A stretch of 64,000 nucleotides of DNA. Origin: Gammaproteobacteria bacterium (GTDB lineage Bacteria; Pseudomonadota; Gammaproteobacteria; Eutrophobiales; Eutrophobiaceae). The translations under genes were made by a program, and so were the position numbers. Below the pieces are notes generated by a model that made no database searches, was not told where the DNA came from, and saw only the letters and a list, made by a program, of their open reading frames with translations. This document shows positions 1-9,854 of this stretch, in pieces. How positions within the stretch are numbered: the stretch's first letter is position 1; the number at the start of each line of letters is the position of its first letter. The stretch lies in NCBI GenBank assembly GCA_965243105.1, contig CBDEUC010000003.1, forward strand, positions 2,088,370 to 2,152,369, in the 5' to 3' direction.

Positions 1-1009
1 CGCCGTTTGCACCGCGGGCACCAAATGGTGATACCAGGTGAGCAGAGTCCCCTGCAAAGATTACCCTGCCATGCACGAATTTTTTCATACGCCTGCACTG
101 AAAGGTATAAAGACTGACCCAGTCATATTCGAACTCGATATCCGGCCCGAGAAAAGCACGCACCTTGGCATCGATATTTTCCTCTTTCATGACTTCTTCC
201 TTGTCGATGTCCCAGCCCATCTGGAAATCGATCCGCCAGATATCGTCGGCCTGTTTATGGATCAGGGAGGTTTGTCCGGGGTTGAACGGAGGATCAAACC
301 AGAATCGCCGTATAGCAGGAAAGTCAGCTTTCATTTTCACATCCGCAATAAGGAAGTGATCCTCGAAAATACGACCTTCAAAATCCAGGCCCATCATGTT
401 GCGCACCGGGCTCTTGTGTCCATCGGCTGCAATGAGGTAATCACCGCTGATCCGGTATTCGCCAGCGGGTGTTTTCACTACGGCGGTGACCTTGTCTTCA
501 GCAGTCTCAATGGCGATCACTTCGTTTTGCCAGCGAATTTCCGTATCACTGTAATCGCCGGATAACTCGATGAGGTACTCTTCAGCGTAGAATTGCTGGA
601 GGTTGATAAAAGCAGGGTACTTCTGCTCCTTGTCCATGAGCAGGTCAAAACTGTAGATTGGCTCGGGGTCTTCACCGAAATAAACCAGGCCCTGGTCCCA
701 GACCACGCCTTTTTCCACCATGCGATCACCGGTGCCAATACGATCAAGTATTTCCAGCGTGCGCTTGGCCCAGCAAATCGCCCGCGACCCATCACTTACG
801 CTATTGTATTTTTCCAGCACCACCGAGCGAATACCGCGTTGCGCAAGGCTTATAGCGGTGGCCAGGCCGATGGGTCCGGCACCAACGATGACTACAGGGA
901 AATGCAGTACTTCCCCGCTTTCTATTTCCCCGGGCGCAATGAAATCAAAAACCTGCCGCGCCTGCTTGGAGGTATTTTTTGCTTCGCCCAGTTCGCCATA
1001 CTTCGCCAT
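1..1009 (-). CDS. FAD-dependent aromatic-ring monooxygenase (phenol/hydroxyphenylacetate hydroxylase family); partial, 3' end lies beyond the window start
   Basis: Reverse-strand translation from ATG (complement of 1007-1009): MAKYGELGEAKNTSKQARQVFDFIAPGEIESGEVLHFPVVIVGAGPIGLATAISLAQRGIRSVVLEK... The GxGxxG FAD-binding Rossmann motif and, further on, IAADGHKSPVRNMMG and the GD FAD-contact motif (VIFAGDSAHLVSPFGARG, DSAH, class A flavoprotein monooxygenase signature) are present. The ORF runs out of the window. The plus-strand ORFs 38..565 and 593..1039 are shadow ORFs. Confidence 0.8.
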   Translation of the reverse strand, partial: MAKYGELGEAKNTSKQARQVFDFIAPGEIESGEVLHFPVVIVGAGPIGLATAISLAQRGIRSVVLEKYNSVSDGSRAICWAKRTLEILDRIGTGDRMVEKGVVWDQGLVYFGEDPEPIYSFDLLMDKEQKYPAFINLQQFYAEEYLIELSGDYSDTEIRWQNEVIAIETAEDKVTAVVKTPAGEYRISGDYLIAADGHKSPVRNMMGLDFEGRIFEDHFLIADVKMKADFPAIRRFWFDPPFNPGQTSLIHKQADDIWRIDFQMGWDIDKEEVMKEENIDAKVRAFLGPDIEFEYDWVSLYTFQCRRMKKFVHGRVIFAGDSAHLVSPFGARGANG

Positions 1010-1158
1010 TATGTCTTCATACGCAGGTTATCGAGGTGAAATGACAGCATACACGCGTCAGTCAATATTTCCGTCCCCAGATTTAGGGACAGATGAATAT
1101 CTTGCCTGTCCGCAGACATTTAAGTACTGTATTTTGCCTCGACAAAAGGGTGAAAATC

Positions 1159-2589
1159 ATGGGCGATAAAGAAAATTATCATATGGATCTCGAGGAGTTT
1201 CGCAAGAATGGCTACGCTGCCATCGACTGGGTGGTAGATTACCTGGAAAACGTGGAGACCTATCCCGTGTTATCCCAGGTAGCCCCTGGTGATATTCGAG
1301 CGAAATTGCCGGAATCCGCTCCCACAAAGGGTGAGAGCTTTGAAAGCATGTTGAAGGACGTCAACGATATCGTCATGCCGGGCATCACCCACTGGCAATC
1401 GCCAAACTTCTTTGCCTATTTCCCGGGTAACAGCTCCGCACCTGCCATCCTGGGTGAAATCCTCTCTGCTGGACTCAGCGTGCAGGGCATGCTCTGGGCT
1501 ACCAGCCCGGCATGCACCGAGGTGGAAACCCATATTATGGACTGGCTGGTAAAGATGCTGGACCTGCCGGAGAAATTTCTTTCACACACGCAAGGCGGAG
1601 GCGTGATACAGCATTCCGCCTCGGATGCCACGCTCTGTGCGTTGCTCGCTGCGAGGGAGAAAGTGAGTGACGTTAACAAGGTGGGTGGTACAGGCAAGCT
1701 CATTGCCTACACCTCGGCGCAGGCGCACTCTTCAATTGAAAAGGCCTGCATGATTTCCGGAATAGGAACCGAAAACCTGCGTCTCGTTGAAGTAGACGAG
1801 ATGTATCGCATGAAACCGGAGGCACTGGATGCGCAGATCCAGGTGGATATTGATGCCGGCTTGACGCCTTTCTTTGTTTGCACTTGCGTTGGTACGACTT
1901 CATCACTCGCGCTTGACCCGGTTGCTGACATGGCGGCGGTAACAAGAAAGCACAATCTCTGGCTCCACGTGGACGCGGCCATGGCCGGCCCTGCGGCAAT
2001 ATGTCCCGAGTTTCGCTTCATCAATGATGGGGTAGAGGATGCAGACAGCTACACCTTCAATCCACACAAGTGGATGTTTACCAACTTCGATTGTAATGCT
2101 TTTTTTGTTGCTGACAGGGCTGCGCTGATTAATGCGCTGAGCATATTGCCGGAATACCTCAAGAACGAGGCAACAAACGCGGGCGCAGTGTTTGATTACC
2201 GTGACTGGCATATTCCACTGGGCAGACGCTTTCGTGCTTTGAAGCTATGGTTTGTAATCAGGCACTATGGTGTAGAGGGCCTGCAGCATCATATACGTAA
2301 CCATGTGGCCATGGCGCAGGCGTTTAAAAACTGGATTGTTGAAAGCGATGATTTTGAGCTCGTGGTCGATAACCCGCTCAATACCATCTGCTTTCGTCAT
2401 AAAGGTGGTGATGAATTGACCGAGCAAATCATGCAGGACGTGAATGCATCGGGAAAGGCTTACCTGACTCACACGAAGCTTGATGGGAAGTACACGATTC
2501 GTTTTGCCGTGGGACAAACACGCACGGAAATGAGACACGTGGAGAGTGCTTGGGATTTGATCCAGGAAGCAGCGAGATCAGCTCGTTAA
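1159..2589 (+). CDS. Aromatic-L-amino-acid decarboxylase (PLP-dependent group II decarboxylase; tyrosine/DOPA decarboxylase-like)
   Basis: The ORF 1093..2589 has an internal ATG at 1159 preceded by aaaggg (MGDKENYHMDLEEFRKNGY...). The PLP-lysine motif NPHKW and the HWQSPNFFAYFP motif typical of AADC/TDC family enzymes are present. Length is about 476 aa. Confidence 0.85.
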   Translation: MGDKENYHMDLEEFRKNGYAAIDWVVDYLENVETYPVLSQVAPGDIRAKLPESAPTKGESFESMLKDVNDIVMPGITHWQSPNFFAYFPGNSSAPAILGEILSAGLSVQGMLWATSPACTEVETHIMDWLVKMLDLPEKFLSHTQGGGVIQHSASDATLCALLAAREKVSDVNKVGGTGKLIAYTSAQAHSSIEKACMISGIGTENLRLVEVDEMYRMKPEALDAQIQVDIDAGLTPFFVCTCVGTTSSLALDPVADMAAVTRKHNLWLHVDAAMAGPAAICPEFRFINDGVEDADSYTFNPHKWMFTNFDCNAFFVADRAALINALSILPEYLKNEATNAGAVFDYRDWHIPLGRRFRALKLWFVIRHYGVEGLQHHIRNHVAMAQAFKNWIVESDDFELVVDNPLNTICFRHKGGDELTEQIMQDVNASGKAYLTHTKLDGKYTIRFAVGQTRTEMRHVESAWDLIQEAARSAR

Positions 2590-2745
2590 AAACGATAAAG
2601 CCTGGAACCTGGATAAGTACACGTCACGCGGGGGGAAGTGAAGAGGGGTGGTGAGCGCTTTCCTATCCAGCTCCAGATTGCAGACCATTATGTGGTGGCT
2701 TTGTTACATTCCCTTGACGGCGGCATTACCATAATAAGAATTAAA

Positions 2746-3198
2746 TCACTCCAGGCTGTCCGCCTTATCCTGCAGCCTGCCAAGCAAGCCAGATAGTTGA
2801 TCTTTTTCTGCGGCGGTGAGACCGCTTAGCAGCATACCCTCAAAGCGCTCTGCCACAGGCCTTACTTCGCAATAGACTGCGTGTCCCGTTTTCGACAGGC
2901 GAAGTATGGATCGTCGTCGGTCCTCCTTGTCGAATTCCCGTACCAGCAGGTGGCGACCAAGCAGTTTTGCTACGGAGCGGGAGACCACCGATTTCTCTAT
3001 GCGCGTACGCTGGCACACATCGTCAGCTGCGCTGTCGGGGTATTCAGCCAACACCGCCATGATGCGCCACTCGGGCATGCTGATGCCGAACTTGTCCTGG
3101 TAAGTGGCTGCAATTCGACTACTCACGGTATTCGAAAGCAGTGACAAGCGGTATGGAAGAAAATCTTCTAATATCAGTGGCTTATCTTCTTTATTCAT
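2746..3198 (-). CDS. MarR-family transcriptional regulator, divergent from hpd
   Basis: 150-aa protein with a winged-helix MarR architecture (…EWRIMAVLAEYPDSAADDVCQRTRIEKSVVSRSVAKLL…). It is a paralog of the 13758..14225 MarR, sharing LPYRLS, EWRVMAVL, ADEVC and SREDRRRSIL blocks. Confidence 0.85.
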   Translation of the reverse strand: MNKEDKPLILEDFLPYRLSLLSNTVSSRIAATYQDKFGISMPEWRIMAVLAEYPDSAADDVCQRTRIEKSVVSRSVAKLLGRHLLVREFDKEDRRRSILRLSKTGHAVYCEVRPVAERFEGMLLSGLTAAEKDQLSGLLGRLQDKADSLE

Positions 3199-3223
3199 GG
3201 TCAGGCCCTGTGCTGGTTGACAA

Positions 3224-3272
3224 TAGTTGCAATGACAACTAATATTTATTTAGTTGTATTAGCAACTAAATA
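3224..3272. promoter_or_regulatory. Two adjacent palindromic operator-like sites in the marR/hpd divergent promoter region
   Basis: TAGTTGcaatgaCAACTA (3224-3241) has 6-bp perfect inverted arms. TATTTAGTTGtattagCAACTAAATA (3247-3272) has 10-bp perfect inverted arms. Both share the AGTTG/CAACT core. Confidence 0.6.
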
Positions 3273-3319
3273 ATAACCCATGCCGTTCGTAACAACAGCA
3301 CTAAATTTGGAGTTAAATA

Positions 3320-4396
3320 ATGGCCGATCTTTTTGACAATCCCATGGGACTGGATGGATTTGAGTTTGTTGAATTTGCATCACCGAGGCCCGGTGTTCTT
3401 GAACCCCTGTTTGAACTGATGGGCTTTACCCATGTTGCCAGGCATCGCTCCAAGGATGTCAATCTTTACCGGCAGGGAGACATCAACTTCATCATTAATA
3501 ATGAGAAAAAAAATTACACTGCCTACTTTACCGAGGAACATGGTCCCTGTGCCTGTGGCATGGCGTTCAGGGTAAAGGATGCCCATCATGCCTATAACAG
3601 GGCGCTGGAACTGGGCGCGCAGCCCATCGACATTCCAGTGGGGCCCATGGAATTAAGATTACCGGCAATAAAAGGAATTGGCGGTGCACCGCTATACCTC
3701 ATCGATCGCTACCAGCAAGGTGCTTCTATTTATGATATTGATTTTGAATATCTCGAAGGCGTCGAAAAAAATCCGCAGGGCTTTGGCTTCAAGCATATCG
3801 ATCACCTGACGCATAATGTGTATCGCGGCCGCATGGACTACTGGGCTAACTTTTATGAAAAGATTTTTAATTTTCGCGAGCTGCGTTACTTCGACATCAA
3901 GGGCGAATATACCGGTCTCACTTCAAAGGCCATGACCGCGCCGGATGGTCGCATTCGAATACCACTCAACGAAGAGTCGTCCCAGGGTGTGGGGCAAATT
4001 GAAGAATTCCTGATGGCCTATAACGGCGAGGGAATCCAGCATATTGCCCTTGCCACTGACGATCTCATAGCCAGCTGGGACAAGTTGAAAGAAAGCGGCA
4101 TTTTCTTCATGACACCGCCACCGGCTGCATATTATGAAATGCTGGAGGAGCGATTACCCGGGCATGGAGAACCCGTGGAGGAATTGAAAAAGCGCGGTAT
4201 CCTCGTGGATGGCTCCACCGATGGCGAAGAACCACGATTGCTCCTGCAAATATTCTCTGAAACCGTGATTGGCCCGGTGTTTTTTGAATTTATCCAGCGC
4301 AAGCAGGATGAAGGCTTTGGCGAAGGTAATTTCAAGGCTCTGTTTGAATCCATCGAGAGAGACCAGGTACAGCGGGGGGTTGTGCAGGCAGTCTGA
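3320..4396 (+). CDS. hpd: 4-hydroxyphenylpyruvate dioxygenase
   Basis: 358-aa protein [22 protein letters not shown]... with a two-domain VOC fold. It resembles bacterial HPPD (Pseudomonas Hpd) throughout, including the C-terminal [14 protein letters not shown] motif. Confidence 0.93.
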   Translation: MADLFDNPMGLDGFEFVEFASPRPGVLEPLFELMGFTHVARHRSKDVNLYRQGDINFIINNEKKNYTAYFTEEHGPCACGMAFRVKDAHHAYNRALELGAQPIDIPVGPMELRLPAIKGIGGAPLYLIDRYQQGASIYDIDFEYLEGVEKNPQGFGFKHIDHLTHNVYRGRMDYWANFYEKIFNFRELRYFDIKGEYTGLTSKAMTAPDGRIRIPLNEESSQGVGQIEEFLMAYNGEGIQHIALATDDLIASWDKLKESGIFFMTPPPAAYYEMLEERLPGHGEPVEELKKRGILVDGSTDGEEPRLLLQIFSETVIGPVFFEFIQRKQDEGFGEGNFKALFESIERDQVQRGVVQAV

Positions 4397-4536
4397 TCCA
4401 GCGGTTCATTCCCGTTCCGGGGGATCCTTACTGAAGCAGGATGCCAAATTTTCCTACTCTGGATACAATTAGCGCACGAGCAAGAAGCTGTTTCCTGATA
4501 ATGGCTTCCTGAGCAAAGCGATACCAGGGTAAATCA

Positions 4537-5076
4537 ATGCCGCTAAGCCTAGAAGTTACAATAACAAGCGATCGTCTCCTGTTGCGCCCCGTGGAAAAGG
4601 ACGATCTCGACGACCTCGCCCTGGTAAACGGGGACGAAGAAGTCACGCGCTACTTACCCTATGAAACCTGGCGCTCAAGGCAGGACGCCGAAGCATGGTA
4701 TGACAAGGTCATGGGTCTTGTGAGCCAGGGCAAAACGCTCCAGCTAGTCGTCGTCATGCAGGAAAACCACAGGGTCATTGGTAGCTGTCTTCTTTTTAAC
4801 TATGACGAGTCATCGGGCGTCGCAGAATTAGGCTATGTCACCGGTCGCGAATTCTGGAGACAGGGGCTCACGGAAGAGGCACTTCGTATGTTGATCGCGT
4901 TTGGTTTTGACAAGATCAAGCTACGAAGATTATGCGCGGTTGTTGAGACGGATAACCGGGCATCCATGTCGCTTCTTAGCAAGCTGGGTTTTTCCAGTGA
5001 AGGCAAGGCCAGCCCCGAGCCTGGAGATAACATTGAGCTCATGAAATTCGGCCTGCTTCGACAGGAATGGTGCTGA
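4537..5076 (+). CDS. GNAT-family N-acetyltransferase (RimJ/RimL-like)
   Basis: 179-aa protein with the GNAT acetyl-CoA binding region (…VIGSCLLFNYDESSGVAELGYVTGREFWRQGLTEEALRMLIAFGFD…). Confidence 0.8.
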   Translation: MPLSLEVTITSDRLLLRPVEKDDLDDLALVNGDEEVTRYLPYETWRSRQDAEAWYDKVMGLVSQGKTLQLVVVMQENHRVIGSCLLFNYDESSGVAELGYVTGREFWRQGLTEEALRMLIAFGFDKIKLRRLCAVVETDNRASMSLLSKLGFSSEGKASPEPGDNIELMKFGLLRQEWC

Positions 5077-5088
5077 GAAACATTTGTC

Positions 5089-6084
5089 ATGAACAGGGTT
5101 CCGCAACTGGATGATATCAGGGAAGCTGCTAACCGAATTACAGGCGCTGTTCATCGCACACCGGTTCTTACCTGCCAGGCACTGGATGAGAAGTGCTCCG
5201 CCAGGCTGTTTTTCAAATGCGAGAACCTGCAAAAGGTCGGTGCTTTCAAGGCACGTGGTGCCACCAATGCCACCCTTGGACTGGATGATGCTTCCCTCCA
5301 GAAAGGCGTAGCAACCCATTCTTCCGGAAATCATGCAGCGGCGCTTTCCTATGCTGCGGGCCTGAAAGGAATCCCGGCCTATATCGTCATGCCGGAAAAT
5401 GCACCGCGGGTAAAAGTGGAGGCGGTGCGATCCTACGGGGGCCACATCACCTTTTGTGAACCCACCCTGCAGGCCAGGGAGTCCGGTCTTGAAAGTATTG
5501 TAGCCACGACCGGTGCCAACGTGATCCATCCCTATAATGATTATCGTGTTATTACAGGCCAGGCCACCGCAGCGTTTGAACTGCTTCATGACGTGGAAAA
5601 CCTCGATGTGATCCTGGCTCCTGTTGGTGGCGGAGGATTACTCAGCGGTACCGCGCTAAGTACGGCGTACCTTTCGCCTTCGACCAGGGTCATTGCCTGT
5701 GAACCGGCCGGGGCGGACGATGCCTTTCGTTCCTTTAAAAAGGGGGAAATAGTCCCCTCGGTCAAGCCGAATACCATCGCGGATGGCCTGCTCACATCAC
5801 TGGGTGACCTGACTTTTCCCATTATCCAGGAATACGTGGATGATATCGTGACTGTCAGCGAAAAAGGTATTGTCCAGGCAACACGTATGATCATGGAAAG
5901 AATGAAATGTGTCGTTGAACCCTCGGCGGCGGTGACGCTGGCTGCTATTCTTGAAGGAAAGATTGATGTCGCGGGCAAGAACGTCGGCCTGGTCCTGTCC
6001 GGGGGTAATATAGAGCTGGAAAAATTCCTGCAGCAGGCCGAATCAATAGAGGCCAATTCAACAGGGGCAGGATCAAGTGTCTGA
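5089..6084 (+). CDS. PLP-dependent fold-type II enzyme of the serine/threonine dehydratase / serine racemase family (no regulatory ACT domain)
   Basis: PLP-lysine motif GAFKARGA, glycine-rich loop PVGGGGLLSG, 331 aa. It starts 13 bp after the GNAT stop. Confidence 0.8.
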   Translation: MNRVPQLDDIREAANRITGAVHRTPVLTCQALDEKCSARLFFKCENLQKVGAFKARGATNATLGLDDASLQKGVATHSSGNHAAALSYAAGLKGIPAYIVMPENAPRVKVEAVRSYGGHITFCEPTLQARESGLESIVATTGANVIHPYNDYRVITGQATAAFELLHDVENLDVILAPVGGGGLLSGTALSTAYLSPSTRVIACEPAGADDAFRSFKKGEIVPSVKPNTIADGLLTSLGDLTFPIIQEYVDDIVTVSEKGIVQATRMIMERMKCVVEPSAAVTLAAILEGKIDVAGKNVGLVLSGGNIELEKFLQQAESIEANSTGAGSSV

Positions 6085-6541
6085 ATATACCGCATGTGTA
6101 AAGTGGCAAAGAGGAGAACAGGATTTCACTGACAACAGTTACAGCCGTGGCCATGAATGGATATTTGATGGTGGTCTCAGCGTGCCTGCCTCATCATCTC
6201 CCCATGTTGTGCCCTTGCCAATGTCAGTGGAATATAACGTGGACCCGGAGGAAGCTTACGTTGCGGCCCTTTCCAGTTGCCACATGCTGTTTTTTCTTTC
6301 CATCAGTGCTGCACGGGGCTTCACCGTGGATCAATATGTCGATAACCCCAGGGGTATCATGGAAAAAGATAGTTCCAACAGGGTCAGCGTTACGCGTGTC
6401 GAGCTTTGTCCTGAAACTGATTTCTCTGGCGAGGAACCTACAGGGGATGTCATTCATGAAATGCATGAACTGGCACATAAAAAGTGTTTCCTGGCCAATT
6501 CAGTCAGGTCGGAAATATCCATCAAGCTTGTTAAGGACTGA
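6077..6541 (+). CDS. OsmC/Ohr-family peroxiredoxin-like protein
   Basis: 154-aa protein with OsmC-family architecture and conserved Cys residues (SSCHMLFF…, …HKKCFLANSV). It overlaps the upstream gene by 8 nt, which suggests an operon. Confidence 0.75.
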   Translation: MSEYTACVKWQRGEQDFTDNSYSRGHEWIFDGGLSVPASSSPHVVPLPMSVEYNVDPEEAYVAALSSCHMLFFLSISAARGFTVDQYVDNPRGIMEKDSSNRVSVTRVELCPETDFSGEEPTGDVIHEMHELAHKKCFLANSVRSEISIKLVKD

Positions 6542-6544
6542 AGC

Positions 6545-7360
6545 ATGCCGATCCTGAATTCGGGGCGGATCAAGATTGATTACCTGGATGCCGGTCGAGG
6601 TCCCGTCGTCGTGCTGGTGCACAGCGCAGCCAGCAACTATAAACAATGGCGAAAACTGGTCGATGATTATCAGCACCGTTTTCGTTTCCTGGCGGTTAAT
6701 CTTTATGGTTATGGAGACACCACTCCCTGGCCGGGCTCAAAGGTTCAGTCCATGGAGGACCAGGTAAAGCTGGTTTCGAGTATTTGCCACCTCGTTGACG
6801 AACCGGTATTCCTCGTGGGTCATTCCTTTGGTGCGTCAGTGGCGGCATGGACTGCGAGGGAACTTCGCGAAAAAATAAAAGCCCTGGTTCTACTGGAAGC
6901 CAACCCGTTTCCCTTGCTTGAAAAGGAAAACAACCGGGGTGGCTACGATGAAATCCTGCTGTTAAGGGAAATCATCAAGAGTGAAGGTGATAACGGAAAC
7001 TGGGACATCGTTGCCGAGTACTTTGTCAATTACTGGCTGGGTGATGGTATGTGGAACAAGCTACCGCCTGATCGAAGAGAGGTGTTTACCGCCGCATTAC
7101 CAAATAATTACCACGAGTGGGATTCCATCATGGGTCTACCGGCGAATGACAGCAGCTGGCTCAGTATCGACGCCAACACCCTGTTTGTTCGAGCGCGCCA
7201 GACCGTAAATTCAATTACCGGGATTTACGAGGTGTTTCAGCAAATGTGTCCGCACTGGGAATTTCTCGTGGTTGAGGAAGGTGGCCACATGGCCCCTGTG
7301 ACACATCCGGATGCGATTAATCCGCACATCATTGACTTCCTGGATCAAAATCGTAGCTAG
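6545..7360 (+). CDS. alpha/beta-fold hydrolase
   Basis: Nucleophile elbow GHSFG, an N-terminal HG-type oxyanion region (VVLVHSAASN) and a late His (GGHMAP). 271 aa. It starts 4 bp after the osmC-like stop. Confidence 0.8.
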   Translation: MPILNSGRIKIDYLDAGRGPVVVLVHSAASNYKQWRKLVDDYQHRFRFLAVNLYGYGDTTPWPGSKVQSMEDQVKLVSSICHLVDEPVFLVGHSFGASVAAWTARELREKIKALVLLEANPFPLLEKENNRGGYDEILLLREIIKSEGDNGNWDIVAEYFVNYWLGDGMWNKLPPDRREVFTAALPNNYHEWDSIMGLPANDSSWLSIDANTLFVRARQTVNSITGIYEVFQQMCPHWEFLVVEEGGHMAPVTHPDAINPHIIDFLDQNRS

Positions 7361-8250
7361 TCAGCCGTGGCAGGTTTATAAAGAACAATATAGTTACCCA
7401 CCAGGATCAGCACAAACCCTGCGATAGCAACAAGTGTCCACTGGTAGTTTTCAAATATCGTGGAAATACCGAGGGCCACAACCGGGAACAACACGGCCGC
7501 GTAGGCGGCCTTGTCTGCACCGATTCTACCCACCAGTGTCAGGTAGCTGCCAAAGGCGATTATGGTTCCAAAGAAACTGAGATAAGCCAGCGAAATACTG
7601 TAGGCCCAGGCCGGGTCGTAATTAAACTCGGAACCCTGGATAAGTGCGTAAGTGAGCATGATAAGGGAGCCGTATGTCATTCCCCAGGCATTGGTCTGGA
7701 TGATGGGCAGGTCATTTTTCTGGTTGCGTGCTGAGAGCAGGTTGCCAAGCGACGCCGAGAAGGTTGCAACAAGGCAATACCATAGCCCGGTCAAGCTGGA
7801 TTTATCATTTTCAATTACGCTGACTTCAGACCAGAACACCGAAGCGATCCCGACAATACCGATCAGTGAGCCAATGACCGTGCGAATCTCAACCCGCTGC
7901 CCCATGAAGATCGCGCCATTAACAATATTCATCAGGATTACCGTGGAGAACAACAGGGCGACGACACCAGAAGTTAACAGGCCAGTGGCCCAGTAGAAAA
8001 TCAGGTAGTTAATGCAGTACAGGCAGAGCCCCTGCAAAAACATGAACAGGTGTTCGCGGGGAGAAAATCGCAGGCTTCGTTTTGTAAGAATACAAAATAT
8101 AAAAAGAATGATTGCCGCTGCCACGAAGCGATACACCAGTGAAACTTCCGGCGCCACGACTCCAAGCTGGAACTTGATAGCAAACCAGGTGGTACCCCAG
8201 ATCAGAACCGAGCTGAGGTACAGGGAAGCGGAATGCATAAGAATATTCAT
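7357..8250 (-). CDS. DMT-superfamily (EamA-like) membrane transporter
   Basis: 297-aa protein with about 10 TM segments and duplicated EamA domains (MNILMHSASLYLSSVLIWGTTWFAIKFQL…). Confidence 0.8.
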   Translation of the reverse strand: MNILMHSASLYLSSVLIWGTTWFAIKFQLGVVAPEVSLVYRFVAAAIILFIFCILTKRSLRFSPREHLFMFLQGLCLYCINYLIFYWATGLLTSGVVALLFSTVILMNIVNGAIFMGQRVEIRTVIGSLIGIVGIASVFWSEVSVIENDKSSLTGLWYCLVATFSASLGNLLSARNQKNDLPIIQTNAWGMTYGSLIMLTYALIQGSEFNYDPAWAYSISLAYLSFFGTIIAFGSYLTLVGRIGADKAAYAAVLFPVVALGISTIFENYQWTLVAIAGFVLILVGNYIVLYKPATAD

Positions 8251-8305
8251 AGCGACGGGCCTGGCTTTTTAACACGGCGCAGCGAGAAACTGCGCCCTTC
8301 CTGGT

Positions 8306-8968
8306 CTAGATGGAAACGGACATTTCCGGCACGTTGTCCGGAACGACCAGTTCCCCTGCGGTCAGCTTGACGATTTCTTCAACGCTGACACCAGGCGCCC
8401 TTTCCACGAGGTGAAACTTGCCATCGCTGATTTCCACGTAAGCAAGATCGGTAACAACCTTTTTTATGCAGGCGGCACCGGTCAGCGGCAGGCTGCACGC
8501 TGGCAGTAACTTTGACTCGCCGTGCTTACTGGCATGGGTCATGGTAACGATGATGTTATCCGCACCCGCAACCAGGTCCATGGCACCCCCCATGCCCTTG
8601 ATCAACTTACCCGGGATCATCCACGAGGCGATATTACCCTGTACGTCCACCTCAAAGGCGCCCAGCACGGTGAGATCCACGTGCCCACCCCGGATCATGG
8701 CAAATGAATCGGCGGATGAAAAAATAGATGCACCGGTAATCGCCGTGACAGTTTGCTTTCCTGCATTGATCATGTCGGCGTCCAGTTCTTCCTCGGTAGG
8801 AAACGGTCCCATGCCAAGAAGACCATTCTCGGACTGCATCATGACTTCCATGCCTTCGGGAATGTAATTTGCCACCAGGGTAGGAATACCAATACCCAGG
8901 TTTACGTAGTAACCGTCCTGCAGCTCCTGCGCCACGCGCATTGCCATTTGTTCTCGTGTCAGTGCCAT
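8306..8968 (-). CDS. scoB: 3-oxoacid CoA-transferase subunit B
   Basis: 220-aa protein with the ENGLLGMGPFP motif carrying the catalytic Glu of family I CoA-transferase B subunits. It sits directly downstream of subunit A. Confidence 0.88.
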   Translation of the reverse strand: MALTREQMAMRVAQELQDGYYVNLGIGIPTLVANYIPEGMEVMMQSENGLLGMGPFPTEEELDADMINAGKQTVTAITGASIFSSADSFAMIRGGHVDLTVLGAFEVDVQGNIASWMIPGKLIKGMGGAMDLVAGADNIIVTMTHASKHGESKLLPACSLPLTGAACIKKVVTDLAYVEISDGKFHLVERAPGVSVEEIVKLTAGELVVPDNVPEMSVSI

Positions 8969-8981
8969 TACAGTAATTCCC

Positions 8982-9683
8982 TCATTCTGCTCGAATCGTG
9001 CGCTGCTCTATGCGCTTCTCAAACGTATTCTCGATAAGACGATTAACATATATGCCCGGTGTATGAATCTGTGACGGCTCAAGTTCCCCGGGCTCTACGA
9101 TTTCTTCAACTTCAACCACGGTGATCCTGCCGGCGGTTGCGGCCATTGGGTTAAAGTTCTGCGCCGTGTGACGATAGATCACATTGCCATAACGATCGGC
9201 TTTCCAGCCCCTGACGATGGCAAAGTCGCCGGTGATGGCCTCTTCAAGAATATAATTACGTCCATTAAATTCGCGCACTTCCTTGCCTTCCCCCACCGGA
9301 GTGCCGTAGCCGGTTGCCGTGTAAAATGCCGGGATGCCCGCGCCGCCTGCGCGCATTTTCTCCGCCAGCGTGCCCTGGGGTGTCAGTTCTACTTCAAGTT
9401 CATCACTCAGGAATTGCCGTTCAAACTCCGCGTTTTCCCCAACGTAGGAAGACACCATTTTGCTTATCTGTTTCCCCTGCAGCAGGATCCCCAGGCCAAA
9501 ATCATCTACACCACAGTTATTTGAAACGACGGTAAGATCATTGACGCCCATCTCCTTGATCTGGGCAATGCACCCTTCAGGAATGCCGCACAGGCCAAAG
9601 CCACCAGCAATGATAGTCATGCCACTTTCAAGGCCCGCCATCGCCTCTTCAAAACTGCCTACAACCTTGTCAAAACCTGACAT
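8982..9683 (-). CDS. scoA: 3-oxoacid CoA-transferase subunit A
   Basis: 233-aa protein [36 protein letters not shown]…, typical of CoA-transferase A subunits (ScoA/AtoD). Confidence 0.88.
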   Translation of the reverse strand: MSGFDKVVGSFEEAMAGLESGMTIIAGGFGLCGIPEGCIAQIKEMGVNDLTVVSNNCGVDDFGLGILLQGKQISKMVSSYVGENAEFERQFLSDELEVELTPQGTLAEKMRAGGAGIPAFYTATGYGTPVGEGKEVREFNGRNYILEEAITGDFAIVRGWKADRYGNVIYRHTAQNFNPMAATAGRITVVEVEEIVEPGELEPSQIHTPGIYVNRLIENTFEKRIEQRTIRAE

Positions 9684-9779
9684 AAATTACTCCGTGAAAA
9701 TTTTCTTCAGAACGCCAAAATGGCGCTAGCATAGCAATAACAACACGATTTTATAAATCAAATAGCACTTCCGTAGCGG

Positions 9780-9804
9780 CCTGGATAGTCCACGTCAATC
9801 CAGG
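9780..9804. promoter_or_regulatory. Inverted repeat CCTGGAT-N11-ATCCAGG upstream of scoAB
   Basis: 7-bp perfect inverted arms between the hydrolase stop and the scoA start. It is not followed by a T-tract, so it is more likely an operator than a terminator. Confidence 0.3.
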
Positions 9805-9854
9805 TGCCCTGTACAGCCTCGTTTTCGCGCGCTGAGCCTGGATCAGCGTCAATT

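Noticed and set aside
38-1039. Plus-strand ORFs 38..565 (175 aa), 593..1039 (148 aa) and overlapping small ORFs
   Set aside because: They lie antisense to a strongly conserved FAD-monooxygenase reading frame on the minus strand (GxGxxG and DG/GD motifs). Their translations have no recognisable features, so they are shadow ORFs.
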